A DNA stretch of 63,898 bases, counting the filler, from Psammoneis japonica (Eukaryota): NCBI GenBank assembly GCA_008632985.1. It is 4 parts of 4 records of this genome, joined end to end, with 100 filler letters (N's around TTAATTAATTAA, not from the genome) between each part and the next. Parts side by side here need not be neighbours in the genome. Positions count along the whole stretch, not along the records: positions 1 to 20,033 come from QPGO01000478.1; positions 20,134 to 38,202 come from QPGO01000472.1; 2 more parts are not named here. The stretch is one strand, 5' to 3'. Positions 11,556-23,231 of the stretch are shown here, in pieces. Below the pieces are notes generated by a model. That model ran no database searches. It worked only from the letters and a program-made list of their open reading frames with translations, and was not told the origin of the DNA. Every line of letters begins with the position of its first letter. Position 1 is the stretch's first letter. Position numbers and translations under genes: made by a program.

Positions 11556-13005
11556 AAAGAAAACAAACATGTCTTTTCAAGGAAAACAAACGTGTCATTT
11601 CAAGGAAAACAAACGTGCGGTTTCAAGGAAAACAAACACATGGTTTCAAGGAAAACAAACATGTCTTTTCAAGGAAAACAAACGTGTTGTTTCAAGGAAA
11701 ACAAATGTGTGTTTTCAAGGAAAACAAACATGTGGTTTCCAGGAAAGCAAACATGTCATTTCATGGAAAACAAGCATGTCTTTTCAAAGAAAACAAACAT
11801 GTCTTTTCAAGGAAAACAAACGTGTTATTTCAAGGAAAACAAACGTGTCGTTTCAAGGAAAACAAACATGTCTTTTCAAGGAAAACAAACATGTTTTTTC
11901 AAGGAAAACAAACATGTCTTTTCAAGGAAAACAAATGTGTTGTTTCAGGGAAAACAAACATGTGGTTTCAGAGAAAACAAACATGTCTTTTCAAGGAAAA
12001 CAAACATGTCGTTTCAAGAAAAACAAACGTGTCGTTTCAAAGAAAACAAACATGTCTTTTCAAGGAAAACAAACGTGTCTTTTCAAGGAAAACAAATGTG
12101 TCATTTCAGGGAAAACAAACATGTCGTTTAAAGACAAACATGTTGTTTCAAAGAAAACAAACACATCTTTTCAAGGAAAACAAACGTGTCGTTTCAAGAA
12201 AAACAAACGTGTCGTTTCAAGGAAAACAAACACATCTTTTCAGAGAAAACCAAGGTGTCATTTCAAGAAAAACAAACGTGTGGTTTCAAGGAAAACAAAC
12301 GTGTCATTTCAAGGAAAACAAACATGTCTTTTCGAGGAAAACAAACATGTCTTTTCAAGGAAAACAAACATGTCATTTCAAGGAAAACAAGCGTGTCTTT
12401 TCAGAGAAAACAAACGTGTCATTTCAAGAAAAACAAACATGTCGTTTCAAGGAAAACAGACATGTCTTGAAAACAAACATGTCGTTTCAAGGAAAACAAA
12501 CATGCGTTTTCAAGGAAAACAAACGTGTCGTTTCAAGGAAAACCAATGTGTCTTTTCAAGGAAAACAAACATGTCTTTTCAAGGAAAACAAACATGTCGT
12601 TTCAGGGAAAACAAATGTGTCGTTTCAAGGAAAACAAACGTGTCGTTTCAAGGAAAGCAAACATGCATTTTCAAGGAAAACATGTGGTTTCAAGGAAAAC
12701 AAACATGTGGTTTCAAGGAAAGCAAACATGCAGTTTCATGGAAAACAAGCATGTCTTTTCAAGGAAAACAAACACGTCTTTTCAAGAAAAACAAACGTGT
12801 CTTTTCAAGGAAAACAAATGTGTTGTTTCAAGGAAAACAAACATGTGGTTTCAGAGAAAACAAACATGTCTTTTCGAGGAAAACAAACATGTCGTTTCAA
12901 GAAAAACAAACGTGTTGTTTCAAAGAAAACAAACATGTCTTTTCAAGGAAAACAAATGTGACGTTTCAAGGAAAACAAACATGGCTTTTCAAGAAAAACA
13001 AACAT
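11556..13005 (+). repeat. 23-nt tandem satellite, array 5
   Basis: Same unit, forward orientation. Confidence 0.95.
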
Positions 13006-15992
13006 GGATGACAGTGCTTGGCAGTTTTGACTTGGTGAGCAGATGGTGCCATCCATCCGCACACCTTGCAAAGTTGTCCCGATCATCTGCCGATTCAACG
13101 ACAAGACCATGTGGTCCGGGTGTCGACAATTGTTCAGGTGAAGTCTCAACAGCCCGTTGTTTCCATCTCAATGATTTTGTTTTGTCCCGTGCAATCTTCT
13201 GGCACAACAAAAAGCAATCGTTGTCCAGCTGCTTGGAAAATGGTTCCCAAAATTCAGAAAGGCCATGACGATGCATCTGTTGCATCACACAGTTTTGGTG
13301 ATGAAGATTGGATGGGCCGCAGGCAACATCAGACCATGTCTCCTCTTTAGGAAGTGCAGCCGGCACATTCTCATCAACCTGGCTTGTGTTTGTTGTGCCG
13401 GTTTGTTCATTGGATGGCTCAACAGGCTCAGTGTCCTCATCTTGGGTTCACTTTCTGACGATTCGGTCAATTGTTCATCTTGTTGCTTCTTTCCTTTAAA
13501 GCCATCAGCCGTCTTTTTCTTTTTGCTGTCAAAGGATTTATCGCACCTTTTTTCCAGCAGTTTTCTGCCAGCGTGTGTGTGACCAATGATTGCAAGTGCG
13601 AGAAGCTTTCCCATCTTTTTGTCACACGCAAGTTGACTGAGTGTGGAAAGTCCCCCGTCAACTTGAATTCGCGGGCAGTCACATCTCTGACCTGGATGAC
13701 AATGGGATGTGCAGAATGACTCAGATGCAATCCGGTTGCATTCCTCTTTCTGTTTGGTGGACATCTCTCCAATGATTGCCTCCATCATTTGAGGGACAAT
13801 GCCAGCCTCCAATGCATGCATCATGTCAGCAACGGTCATGCCAAATGCACCACGTGGGTTGTCGCCCATGTCAAGTGGAAAGTGAGCATTGTCCACTGTG
13901 TGCTGTCCAAACACTTTTCTCAAAATTTTGGAGCATGCAGTCATTCGGCGAATGAGGGATGAAGCCAGCTCAGTCTCAGCCTTTTTTTTGATGTCATTGT
14001 GCGATTTTTTCAGGAAACGCTTTTAACATGCTGGTGCCAACGGCTGTTGTCATCCTCTGGATCCGGGCCCAATGCAGCTGCAGCGAGCAACTCTGTGAAA
14101 GCTTGGTCAAAAAATTGGCAGACATGGCTCTTCCACAAATGCGTTCTTGATTGAGGATGTCCCCCAACAGGGAGTTGCAATGCATCACAGCTCTGACATG
14201 GCGGCATTGAGTGCCTGTTGTTGCACGAACAATGGGTGGATTTGCCTGGCAATGAAGCAGACCATGGAGAACCTCCTTGAGAATGCGGTGACAGTTGGCA
14301 ACAACAAGGCACCCAAGCTTGTCTTTCTTGTCCAAATTGGGTGTGAATCCAAGTGGACGCCAACAGCGACAGTCACGGCATGCTTCCTCTTGAATCATGG
14401 TGAGTGAGTGCATTGCAGGCTCCATCCCGTGAGGATTGACCGCATCAACTCCGGTCTTGTCCAAGTGATTGACAAGGTGAGCGTGAAAATCTGATGCCGT
14501 TTCCTTGGTGTTGGAGCAACGTTGTTGCCACTCGCCGTCACCCATGTCTTGACTTTGAGTGGACAATCACCAGTCACCAGGACAATCCGGGAACGACATC
14601 TCAACACCGTCAGCCTGGCCAGCGCTGGGATCCAAATCGCCGTCAGTGGGGGGTGGCACACAAGGTGACCAGACATCATTTGGATTGACCTGCAACTTGG
14701 AAAGATCACGGAACACTGGCTTGGTGAAGAGATCCTGCAAGGTCTCAGTGAAACTGCAAAGCGGAAAAGGTGGGGAGCGACGACATTTGGGTCCACCCTT
14801 CTGTTGCTGTGTTGGATTGTCACATTCTAGCATCACAGCAGCAGTGTGGGGGAGAGGAACATTGGGAAATGACCCCAGGAGTTGCTTCATCGCCACGGCG
14901 GTCGTGATGGGTGGCTTTGTCAAATCCAGTCTTTTTTCTGCATGCTCTTCATGCAAAATTCTCACCACTTTGTCAATGAAGTCAATTGCAACACCTGACC
15001 GACGACACAAATGCAGCAAACGCACCATGGGTGCAATGCTGGGTGAGCAGACTGGAGGCACATCAAAATCCTCATCGGGTGCGACATCACGTGGTGGGCC
15101 AAGAGGGTTGTGTTGATCGAGGGAGGAAACAGGATCTTCTGTCGGACGGGAAATTGAGGGGGGGGCCACAACTGCCATCGCAATGGTCGGCTCCAATGAA
15201 CTCAGGAACATCCACAGGACTGTCCTCTCCAAGGGCAGACACACCATCATCTGCAAACAAAACAAATCGGTGGGCATTTTGGGAGGCTGCACTGGCGGCA
15301 GCAGCGTTGGCGGCTGAACGCAATTGACCAGAGCGTCTGACGGAGGGTGGGCGCAGCCCGCTTCTGGCAGAGGGAGGACAAGCTGGAGAAGAATTGTCTG
15401 TTGGTGTGGGAGGAGATGGAGCTGGATTCCAAAGGACTTCGGGGAGGGGAGGAGGGGGTTCGTCATCGGAGAAACCAAACCCAGCAGGATCATCATGGTC
15501 GTCCAGTGACTCATCATCTGGAGGGGGAAGTGCATTGGTGGCAGCAGAAGATGCCGCATGCAGGCGAAGGGACATTTCCTCCTTTTCGCGGCAGGGCAAG
15601 CACTTCTGTAGATGAAGGGCGATGTTGGAAAAGGGGACACGGCAATGGGGGCATTTGGGTTTGTTGGTGTTGGATCCAAGGGAGCCGACGGAGGCGGAAT
15701 CCAGAGGATGAGAGGAAAGAGGTGTTCTGCCGGATGAAGAAGACAACTGGGTTGTGTGGCGCAGCTGTGTCAATGGGGGATGGAGACCAGATGATGCGGT
15801 GCAGCGCCAAGACAGGTGACACTGCACATTGTTTTCAGAGTCAAATCCACGTTGTCCACAACAAGGACAACCAAAAGACTTGGTGGAAATGGCAGAACGG
15901 AGGCAGTCAGTTGCAATGTGCCTGCTGAGGCCACGTTCGGAAAAGAAACCGGCTTGTTTGCACCGTGGACAAACAAGACCATCAGATGACAT
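13006..15992 (-). mobile_element. Decayed Plavaka-like DNA transposase with N-terminal C2H2-like zinc fingers
   Basis: Frameshifted ORFs give CPRC..LSRH and CPCC..CH fingers, LQDLF..PVF..LQVNP, LDKTG, WRPLGFTPNL, LLGD..ERICGR and ADMMHALEAG, which match my recollection of Plavaka-type transposases. Confidence 0.6.
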
Positions 15993-16435
15993 GGCCGATG
16001 CACACAGATGAAGGAGTTGAGAAGAGAGTCAAAAGGAAACAGTGGGTGCAGCAACAATCACTTGGGGACACAGTGAGGGCAGAAACACAGAGACACAACG
16101 TGCGGATGGATGGGAAGGAAGGATGGAATGGGCAGGGAGAGAAAATTGAGAAGACAATTAAAGTCTAGATTGACGGACACAGGCAGCGATTTTGATCCAG
16201 AAAGTTGATCAACGCACAATCCAGAAACCAAAATGGAGCCAAACACGCACACAAGGCTTGTCAGATGGGGGAGCAAATGGCTGGATTGAGGAACACAGAT
16301 GTTTGTTGTTGAGCATTTCAGAAAAGCTGACTTGACAAATCAGCACGATCTTGGATTGAAGGGAGAAAATGTCGGGTTTTGTTTCAAGAAATCTTGACGG
16401 CCAGTGAGACACCTGGATTGTTGGTGTCCCAGATG

Positions 16436-17037
16436 ATGCTTGTTTTCCCAAAAAAGACATGTTTGTTTTCTTTGAAACAACATGTTTGTTTTTCCTTAAA
16501 AGAACATGTTTGTTTTCCTTGAAACAACACGTTTGTTTTTGTTGAAACGACGTGTTTCTTTTCCTTGAAATGACATGTTTCTTTTCCTTGAAAAGACACG
16601 TTTGTTTTTCTTAAAAACATGTGTTTGTTTTCCTTGAAATGACACGTTTGTTTCCTTGAAAACACACGTTTGTTTTCCTGGAAACAACATGTTTGTTTTC
16701 CTTGAAAAGACATGTTTGTTTTCCCAAAAAAAGACATGTTTGTTTTCTTTGAAACGACATGTTTGTTTTTCTTTAAAAGAACATGTTTGTTTTCCTTGAA
16801 AGAACATGTTTGTTTTCCTTGAAATGACATGTTTGTTTTCCTTGAAATGACATGTTTGTTTTTCCTTGCAACAACTTGTTTGTTTTCCTTGCAACAACTC
16901 ATTTGTTTTCCTTGCAACAACTTGTTCTTCGATTTCTTTGAAAGAACATGTTTGTTTTCCTTGAAATGTTTGTTTTTCTTGAAGTGGCGTGTTTGTTTTC
17001 CTTGAAATGACATGTTTGGTTTCATTGAAATGACATC
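16436..17037 (-). repeat. 23-nt tandem satellite, array 6 (more diverged)
   Basis: Same unit, reverse orientation. Confidence 0.92.
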
Positions 17038-19270
17038 ACAAGAAAGAAAGCGCAGAACTTTCTCCACACTGCCCAGGCTCTTGTTCCTCGTTTCTGCTGC
17101 TCAATGTTGTTCAAAGTGCCGGCGCCACTCGGGAGCAAAGGATCTCCTGCCATCTTTGCAGCATCCAATGTCAAGGCATCTGCCAGAGCAACATCAGACA
17201 TGGGCAACACCTGCAGGTGCAAATGACAACAATTGGTCCATCGGACCTCGCACTGAGAAAAGAGTTGGGGCTGGAGTGCAGCATCCATGATGCACTGGTT
17301 GTTGTCTCATTGGAGAGGGAGGGCTCCAGAGTGTGTCAGGCAAACTTTCCCTTGAATTCTGTGCAAGAGTGCACTGACAGAAGCAAACCAACATGATTCC
17401 ATGTGCGGGAGAACAGCATCTGCGTCCCACAAGAAGCCCCCGCCTGTCCCCAAGTTCAGCTGGACACATGAGACTGCAATGTGCAGCAACTTGTGAGGTT
17501 GGTCCTCTCCCAGATGAAGATGTGTGACACCTCTGGAATGCTTGAGCAGCGTTTGCAATTGAGCAACTCCTTGTTTGATGTCTGGCAATCGAAAACCGCC
17601 ACAGCCAAGAGCTTGTGGACCACACAAGATGAGTTGTTTTGTGCTTCAGTTGCACCCACATTTGGCAAATGTGACCCTTGTTGCTTTCTGTTGAGCGGCA
17701 AGCAACTCTTCAGGGAGAAAGGTCAAGTCAGTGAGAACACAGGTCATTGAGGAGAGATGACATGCATGGCAGCATCTCTGTGTTTCCGCATGTTCAAGTG
17801 GACAAGATCGCTCTTGTGTTGGAGTTTCTTCAACAGAGTTTTCTGGGCACCAATTGGAGCCAAGCAGTGTCCAAGGGTTTTGTGCAGAGCACAAGCTGAG
17901 AGTTGAGCGCCAGAGCAGGACTTGGGCCTGTCCGCAGAGAAAATTTTGCCGCCAAGGTCTTCATGGTGAGGGTGAATGCATGGCTCTCCGCACTCAGTGA
18001 AATCCCGCTCAACAGTGTGGAAAGAACACTTTGGCAGCTCAAGTTCATGCCCAGCTGCACCCAGCAAATCACACCAGAGTTGATTGTCCTGTTGTAAAAA
18101 AAAAGGACAGATCAAATGCCAAAGGTTGAGGACTTGCTTGGAAGTCATTGACTTGTTTGGACGCATCATCTGCACATCCTCGATCAAAGACTTGGATGCA
18201 AAATTGGCCATCAGGGGTTTCAAAATGAGCTCCAACCGCTCTGGCATCAAAAATGTCAAAAAAATGGCTGCAGAGGGTGTTCCAATGCCACAGGGAATTT
18301 CCGCCACCTTGCCCTGTGCCGCACAGAGGCAAATCTTCTGTGTGGGAACAACTCAGCTGGGCTGAGCCCAACAGGGTTTGCAGCCAGTGCCTGGCATGAT
18401 GCAGAGTGCCCATGTTGACTTCAACAACTTGCGAGTGCATGCCGTTGCTCCAAGAGCAAAGTTCGACCAGCGTGGGAATGTTTCTGTCAAAGCAAGAGGT
18501 GCAATCATCATCGCTCATCAGCATTGTCTTTTGAGAAGCACACGACATTTCTGACATCAAGTTCTCAAGAAACACAAAAGTCTGGGTAGAAAGGAATGAG
18601 TGGCATCCACAAATGCCGGGATTGCACATCCAGCGGTGCTCCATTTGCTGTGCCAATTCTTGCCATTTTGCACTCGTGATGATTTGATGGTCTGCTTTGC
18701 ACACGTGTGTGACCCGCAGTTGATGGATTTTGTTGTTCCCTGGTTCTTTAAAGATCATCATGTTGACAATGTCTTTCCAATGGTGTGCGAGCATCCCCAC
18801 TTCAAAGCACAGTCAACGAGGTGAAGCCGTGTCGCAAATGAGGTTTGCTGTGCCTGGCCCAGGTGCAGTTTGGTTGGAGTCAGATTTCCTTGAGCGTCTT
18901 GATCTTTGGAGTGTGAATGAGGGGCATGCAGAGCCTTCCAATGGCCAAGATGTGGTCCTGATTTCAGCAAGGCAGATGTTGATTCAGGCCATGTCTTCAA
19001 TTTAGACAACAAAGTGGTGGGAGACAAAGAATTGCTCACAGCTGGAGGTGTGCATTGACGGAGGTGCTGGACAAGCAACGAGGCAGCAAGATTCAATTGA
19101 CTGGTGTCATGTTCCCCATTCAACATCAGCTCTGCCATGATGGTGTTCCCTTCATGCCCCAAGTCCACGGACAGGGGAGGACAGCAGGAGGTGCACCTTT
19201 GGCCTGTCCAAAATGATGTTGACTCTGTGTCTGAAGTGCTGCTGCTGCATCCTCTGGAGTGTCTGCTGTC
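17038..19270 (-). mobile_element. Decayed non-LTR retrotransposon (diatom Ambal-like LINE), reverse transcriptase region
   Basis: MIFKEPGNNKIHQLRVTHVCKADH, DDDCTSCFDR, GTGQGGGNS and GCADD correspond to non-LTR RT motifs; many frameshifts. Confidence 0.75.
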
Positions 19271-20033
19271 ATCCAATGTTTGCATGTCTTGGATTGTCTT
19301 GAGGATTGGCTGGCACTTGAATGGTCTTGATGCTTGAATCTGCTTTCTCCTTGCAAGCGTCAATCTTTCGGAGCACTCTCTTTGTCTCCTGCTTCGCACA
19401 TTGCAGTTTGCAGTGGAGACTGCTGTTGGATGAAAACACGCCAAGATCCAGCAGCCGGTTTGTGTGGCTGTTCTTCAGTCTTCCAGCCTTCCATGCTTGC
19501 TTTTGCGTGTCCAACCAATGTCCAAGTCTCTCTCCATTTTCAATGTGAAATGGGGCACTTTTCAGCTTCTCTTGTGCAAAACGAAAAAATTTGAGAAGAG
19601 AAAACACAGTTTCTCAATGCTCAGCCAGAATGTCCCAATTGGCTCAGGCCTTTTTCAGTTGTTCCTGTTGAGAAGCGTCAATTTTCCTTTTCCTTGTGGC
19701 ACCCCGTTGGTCATTTGGCCATTTTCCAAAGTTCTCCCCATCCTCTTTGTGGCCCCTTGGCATGTTGCAATGTCCCTCCCATTTTGTGAATTGCTTGAGA
19801 AGAGAGGGCATTGTGCCCCATTGATTTTCCCACAAGAGCCACTCAACACTGGCCTCCTCAAGTTTTTCTTCTTTTTCAATGCCGAGCTTGCTGAGCTTGT
19901 GTTTTGTGGCCATTGGTTGTCCAACCAAATTCCAAGAGCAAAGCCATCCAGCACATTTGCTGGGAACATTGCATCTGCCTTCTCTCTCCAAGCAAACCAA
20001 GAGCAGGCTGCAAGCACAACACGGCCAATTTCA
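19270..20033 (-). pseudogene. Helicase-associated (HA) domain repeat gene relic
   Basis: Tandem W..M..LL..F...EGHCN.P....DGE..GKW...QR and LGHWLDTQKQAWKAG.L....NRLLDLG units; frameshifted and TpA-depleted. Confidence 0.7.
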
Positions 20034-20133
20034 NNNNNNNNNNNNNNNNNNNNNNNNNNNNNNNNNNNNNNNNNNNNTTAATTAATTAANNNNNNNNNNN
20101 NNNNNNNNNNNNNNNNNNNNNNNNNNNNNNNNN
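20034..20133. other. Artificial contig linker
   Basis: 44 N + TTAATTAATTAA (stops in all six frames) + 44 N. Confidence 0.98.
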
Positions 20134-21086
20134 GATTTTTTGTGAGAAAGAAGCGGCACACACACAGTCTCAAGCAATGGCTGTGATTGCTGTTGAGACC
20201 CTTTCCCACAATGATTTTTCTGGATGGCTTGACCCTACTTGCTTGTGAGGAAAAGCACCATCCCACAGAAGCATGAGTGTTCACAAAGAAGAAGACGGCA
20301 GGGTGGATGTGGCAGCTGCTGCCAAGATTGACCGCAAGGCACGCACCAACCACCATGGCGGCTCTCATTGCAGAGTGCTTGGAAAAAATCAATGCTGCAA
20401 ATCTTGGAAAAGAAAGTGGACTTTTGCAAAATGGTCATCAGTTCACAGACTGTCATTTTTGCAGGAGCTCCCCGGCAGAGTGTGGAGCAAGGTGGCAGGT
20501 GACAAGACATGCAGCATGAAAGCATTGCATCACACCTCCTTTTGTTTCATTTGAGTTGCTTGCACATGACAAAGCTCCTAAACCAGCCCAAGATTAGTGG
20601 AGCTGGTCCTGCCTGTTCCCACTGACCCAAGGTGGAGGATCATGTTGTGGGTGCTGTCAGGAAATTGTTGTGCTGTCCAAGTGAATTGTCTGCATGCTGG
20701 TGCATCCTCTCTTCAGTCCCCATTTGCTGCTGTGGACCAAGTGGGTTGTGATGACACCAAACAGAGCATTTCAAGAGACTTGGGCACTCAATGTCACAGC
20801 AACCAGACTGTCTCTACAGAGCTTGTGAATTGCTGATTGCTTGCAGTTAGGCTTAGCTGGAGCAACACCCCCTTGTTGCACGCGCACTCATAGCCTACTG
20901 CATTCATCCCGACAACACTACGAGCATCTAACAAGGTGGCAGCTATATGTAGCTTCTATTCTTACCGATCAGTCCCTCGCCATGTGGGTTGAGGCTCTCT
21001 ACAACTACGCTGCTGCAAAAATAAATTGATCTGACTAACATTCTTGTGTGTCACTATTGGAGTTGCCTCCACTGTCGTTTTGAATG

Positions 21087-22174
21087 TCAAGACCCTCGTC
21101 TTGTGCCAGCATGCGCTCGGGCCCAATCCGGAATCGGCAGGTCAAGCATAATGTAATCAATGGATAGATATTCCAACGCTCGCCGCAGAGACGCAGGAGT
21201 GTAGTATTCCTGGAGATGTTTCGCAGCAGCGGTTTCGGTACCACAGTTTATTTTTGTCTCGCTTTGTTTGCGTTTCAGTGAAAAGACCTGTTCCAGTGCC
21301 ACCTTCATGTCATCACCAAATTGATCGCCCAATCGCGACAAGTCTTTGTAAAAGTTTGTACCCATGTGCCCAACAAAGTCATATTTTTGTATTCTGCGGT
21401 ACAAACCATCACAGTAAAAGCTCATTGGGACAAAGTGAACGTCCCATTTGAGTGGAAGGGCATCAACATGGGCATGAAACAGGAGTTTCTTGTCGTGAGC
21501 AATATTTTTGAGATGCTCGCTGTGACTTGCATTGTGAAAGATTGGTGTCGGCTTGCAATAATATGTATTCAGATTCCCCCTGTAGCACTTGTCAATGTGA
21601 GCCGATAGCAATCGCTCGAGTGGATCACGCAAAAAGACAAAACGTGGATTGGAAGTTTTGTACATGTCGTCTGCGGAGTACTCTGGAGGATAACAGGATT
21701 GCGGCCGATGGGTTTCGTTGTTGAGTGCACAAAAGATCTTTCGCCATTGTGTCGTTCCGATCTTTTCAATACTGCACATGCGAATGTCTGGTGACGCTTG
21801 ATAATGCCAGGCTCCTTCCAACCCGATTCCTCTTATACTATCTCGAAGGAGCGTGCTTGTCCACCAAGGCAGTGATGACAAGCTACTGCTATTGTTTTCA
21901 TCCAGCATGCGCTTGAAACAAGTCTTTTGCTGTTCCTCCTCTCGACAGTCCCACATGGAAAACAATTTTTTGTACGTCTTGTCATAGCTTTACGAATCCA
22001 GTCCGAAGCCAACGGAGTGGAAGAAACGTTATTTTCCTTTACGTGATGCTCTAAATGCCAATAATGTTGATCTGACATTTTGTTCATGGCATAAAAATTG
22101 AAAAAGATGCCGCACAAAGCTGCACCAGCAATGACAAGCGTGAGGGGAGGAAAAGCGATAGCTACTTTCGGCAT
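21087..22174 (-). CDS. Type II membrane carbohydrate sulfotransferase (Sulfotransfer_2/CHST-like), with one frameshift near 21990
   Basis: N-terminal TM anchor (LTLVIAGAALCGIFFNFYAM) in ORF 21833-22174; PAPS-binding motifs CSIEKIGTTQWRK and FVFLRDPLERLLSA plus HFVPMSFYC and YDFVG in ORF 21087-21965. The frames join if one A is added to CGTAAAGC, probably a homopolymer error. Confidence 0.8.
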
Positions 22175-23231
22175 TTTTTTTTGTCTCTGACAAATTCTTC
22201 AGATAACGAGCAACCGACGAGACAGTCTCTACTTTATCGATATAAACCTTTTGTTCGTCTCTCTTGGGTCGTTGGCATGCCGGTACTGTCAACTCTTCAA
22301 TTTGATCATCGGGGGAACGGCTTGAATTTCTTTCCAAATTCAGAATGAAAACTGAGAACTTCGAGTCGGTCCGTTGGGCGTTGGACATCCGTTGAAATAT
22401 TCATTTTAACCTTAGTAACTGAAGCCTTAAAATTTAGTGTAATCTGTGGAAGTGTACCGTACGAAGGAGAAGTTATTTCCAGTACCGTATGTACTAAATA
22501 CACACTCCACATTATTCATATTTATAAACGTAAAATAATAGACTATTGCATTGGAAGTTTCGAGTTTGATTTGGTTGTGCTCCGTGCATGCCTGCCAACC
22601 GATTTTTTGATGTTTGTTTTACATCTGTTTCCCATAACGCCCCCCTACCTACGTAGTACTGCAACGCTTTCATCTTTGATAGCCACAGCAAGACACACTA
22701 CTTTATGGTCACTGACAACTGTGGCTGAGCCGTCGAACATGCTCATCACAAATATGACGACAAAAGTGTGAGCGTTTCGTCGACCGTTGAAGTGCATTTA
22801 TTATTCTACAGTACTGTACTTTACAAATTGAAATATTTAATATTGTAGCTTCAGTCGTGGTTCACTTATTATAATAATTATACATATATAAATAAAAACA
22901 TTGAACTCTACCGGGGAAGTTATTGGATGCAACTCACAATGTGAAATGGCGCGGTACATAAGGCCTCGACGACCAATGGCGAAGGTTGAGGCAATGTGAC
23001 CATCTCCAAAAGTCAGTTATCTTGCAACAAAAGAGATTATGCGAGGAACAGAACAGTCGCTAGCGCGTCGGCAAAAAGAGCAATCATGGCGTGGCGCTCC
23101 GAAGAATCCTACATGATTCTCCAGTAGTCACACGAAATTTTCAACCCACCAATAGAAATCGAGGCATAACAGAGTTCAGAATGGAGAATTGTAATTTCAT
23201 CATTTATTTCTTGGTTGGGTAGGCACCAAGA

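Noticed and set aside
3869..13005. Satellite with variable positions as a possible CRISPR array
   Set aside because: Units are contiguous with no unique spacers, there are no cas genes, and the DNA is eukaryotic.
2746..17037. Long ORFs of repeating FQGKQTCRFKENKHVVSRKTNMS (up to 537 aa)
   Set aside because: They are translations of a stop-free 23-nt satellite, open in all three frames of one strand, with no sign of being genes.
21960..22000. Sulfotransferase frameshift as an intron, programmed frameshift or pseudogene
   Set aside because: One extra A in a short A-run restores a continuous frame and the motifs are intact. A sequencing indel is the simplest explanation, though reads are needed to confirm.
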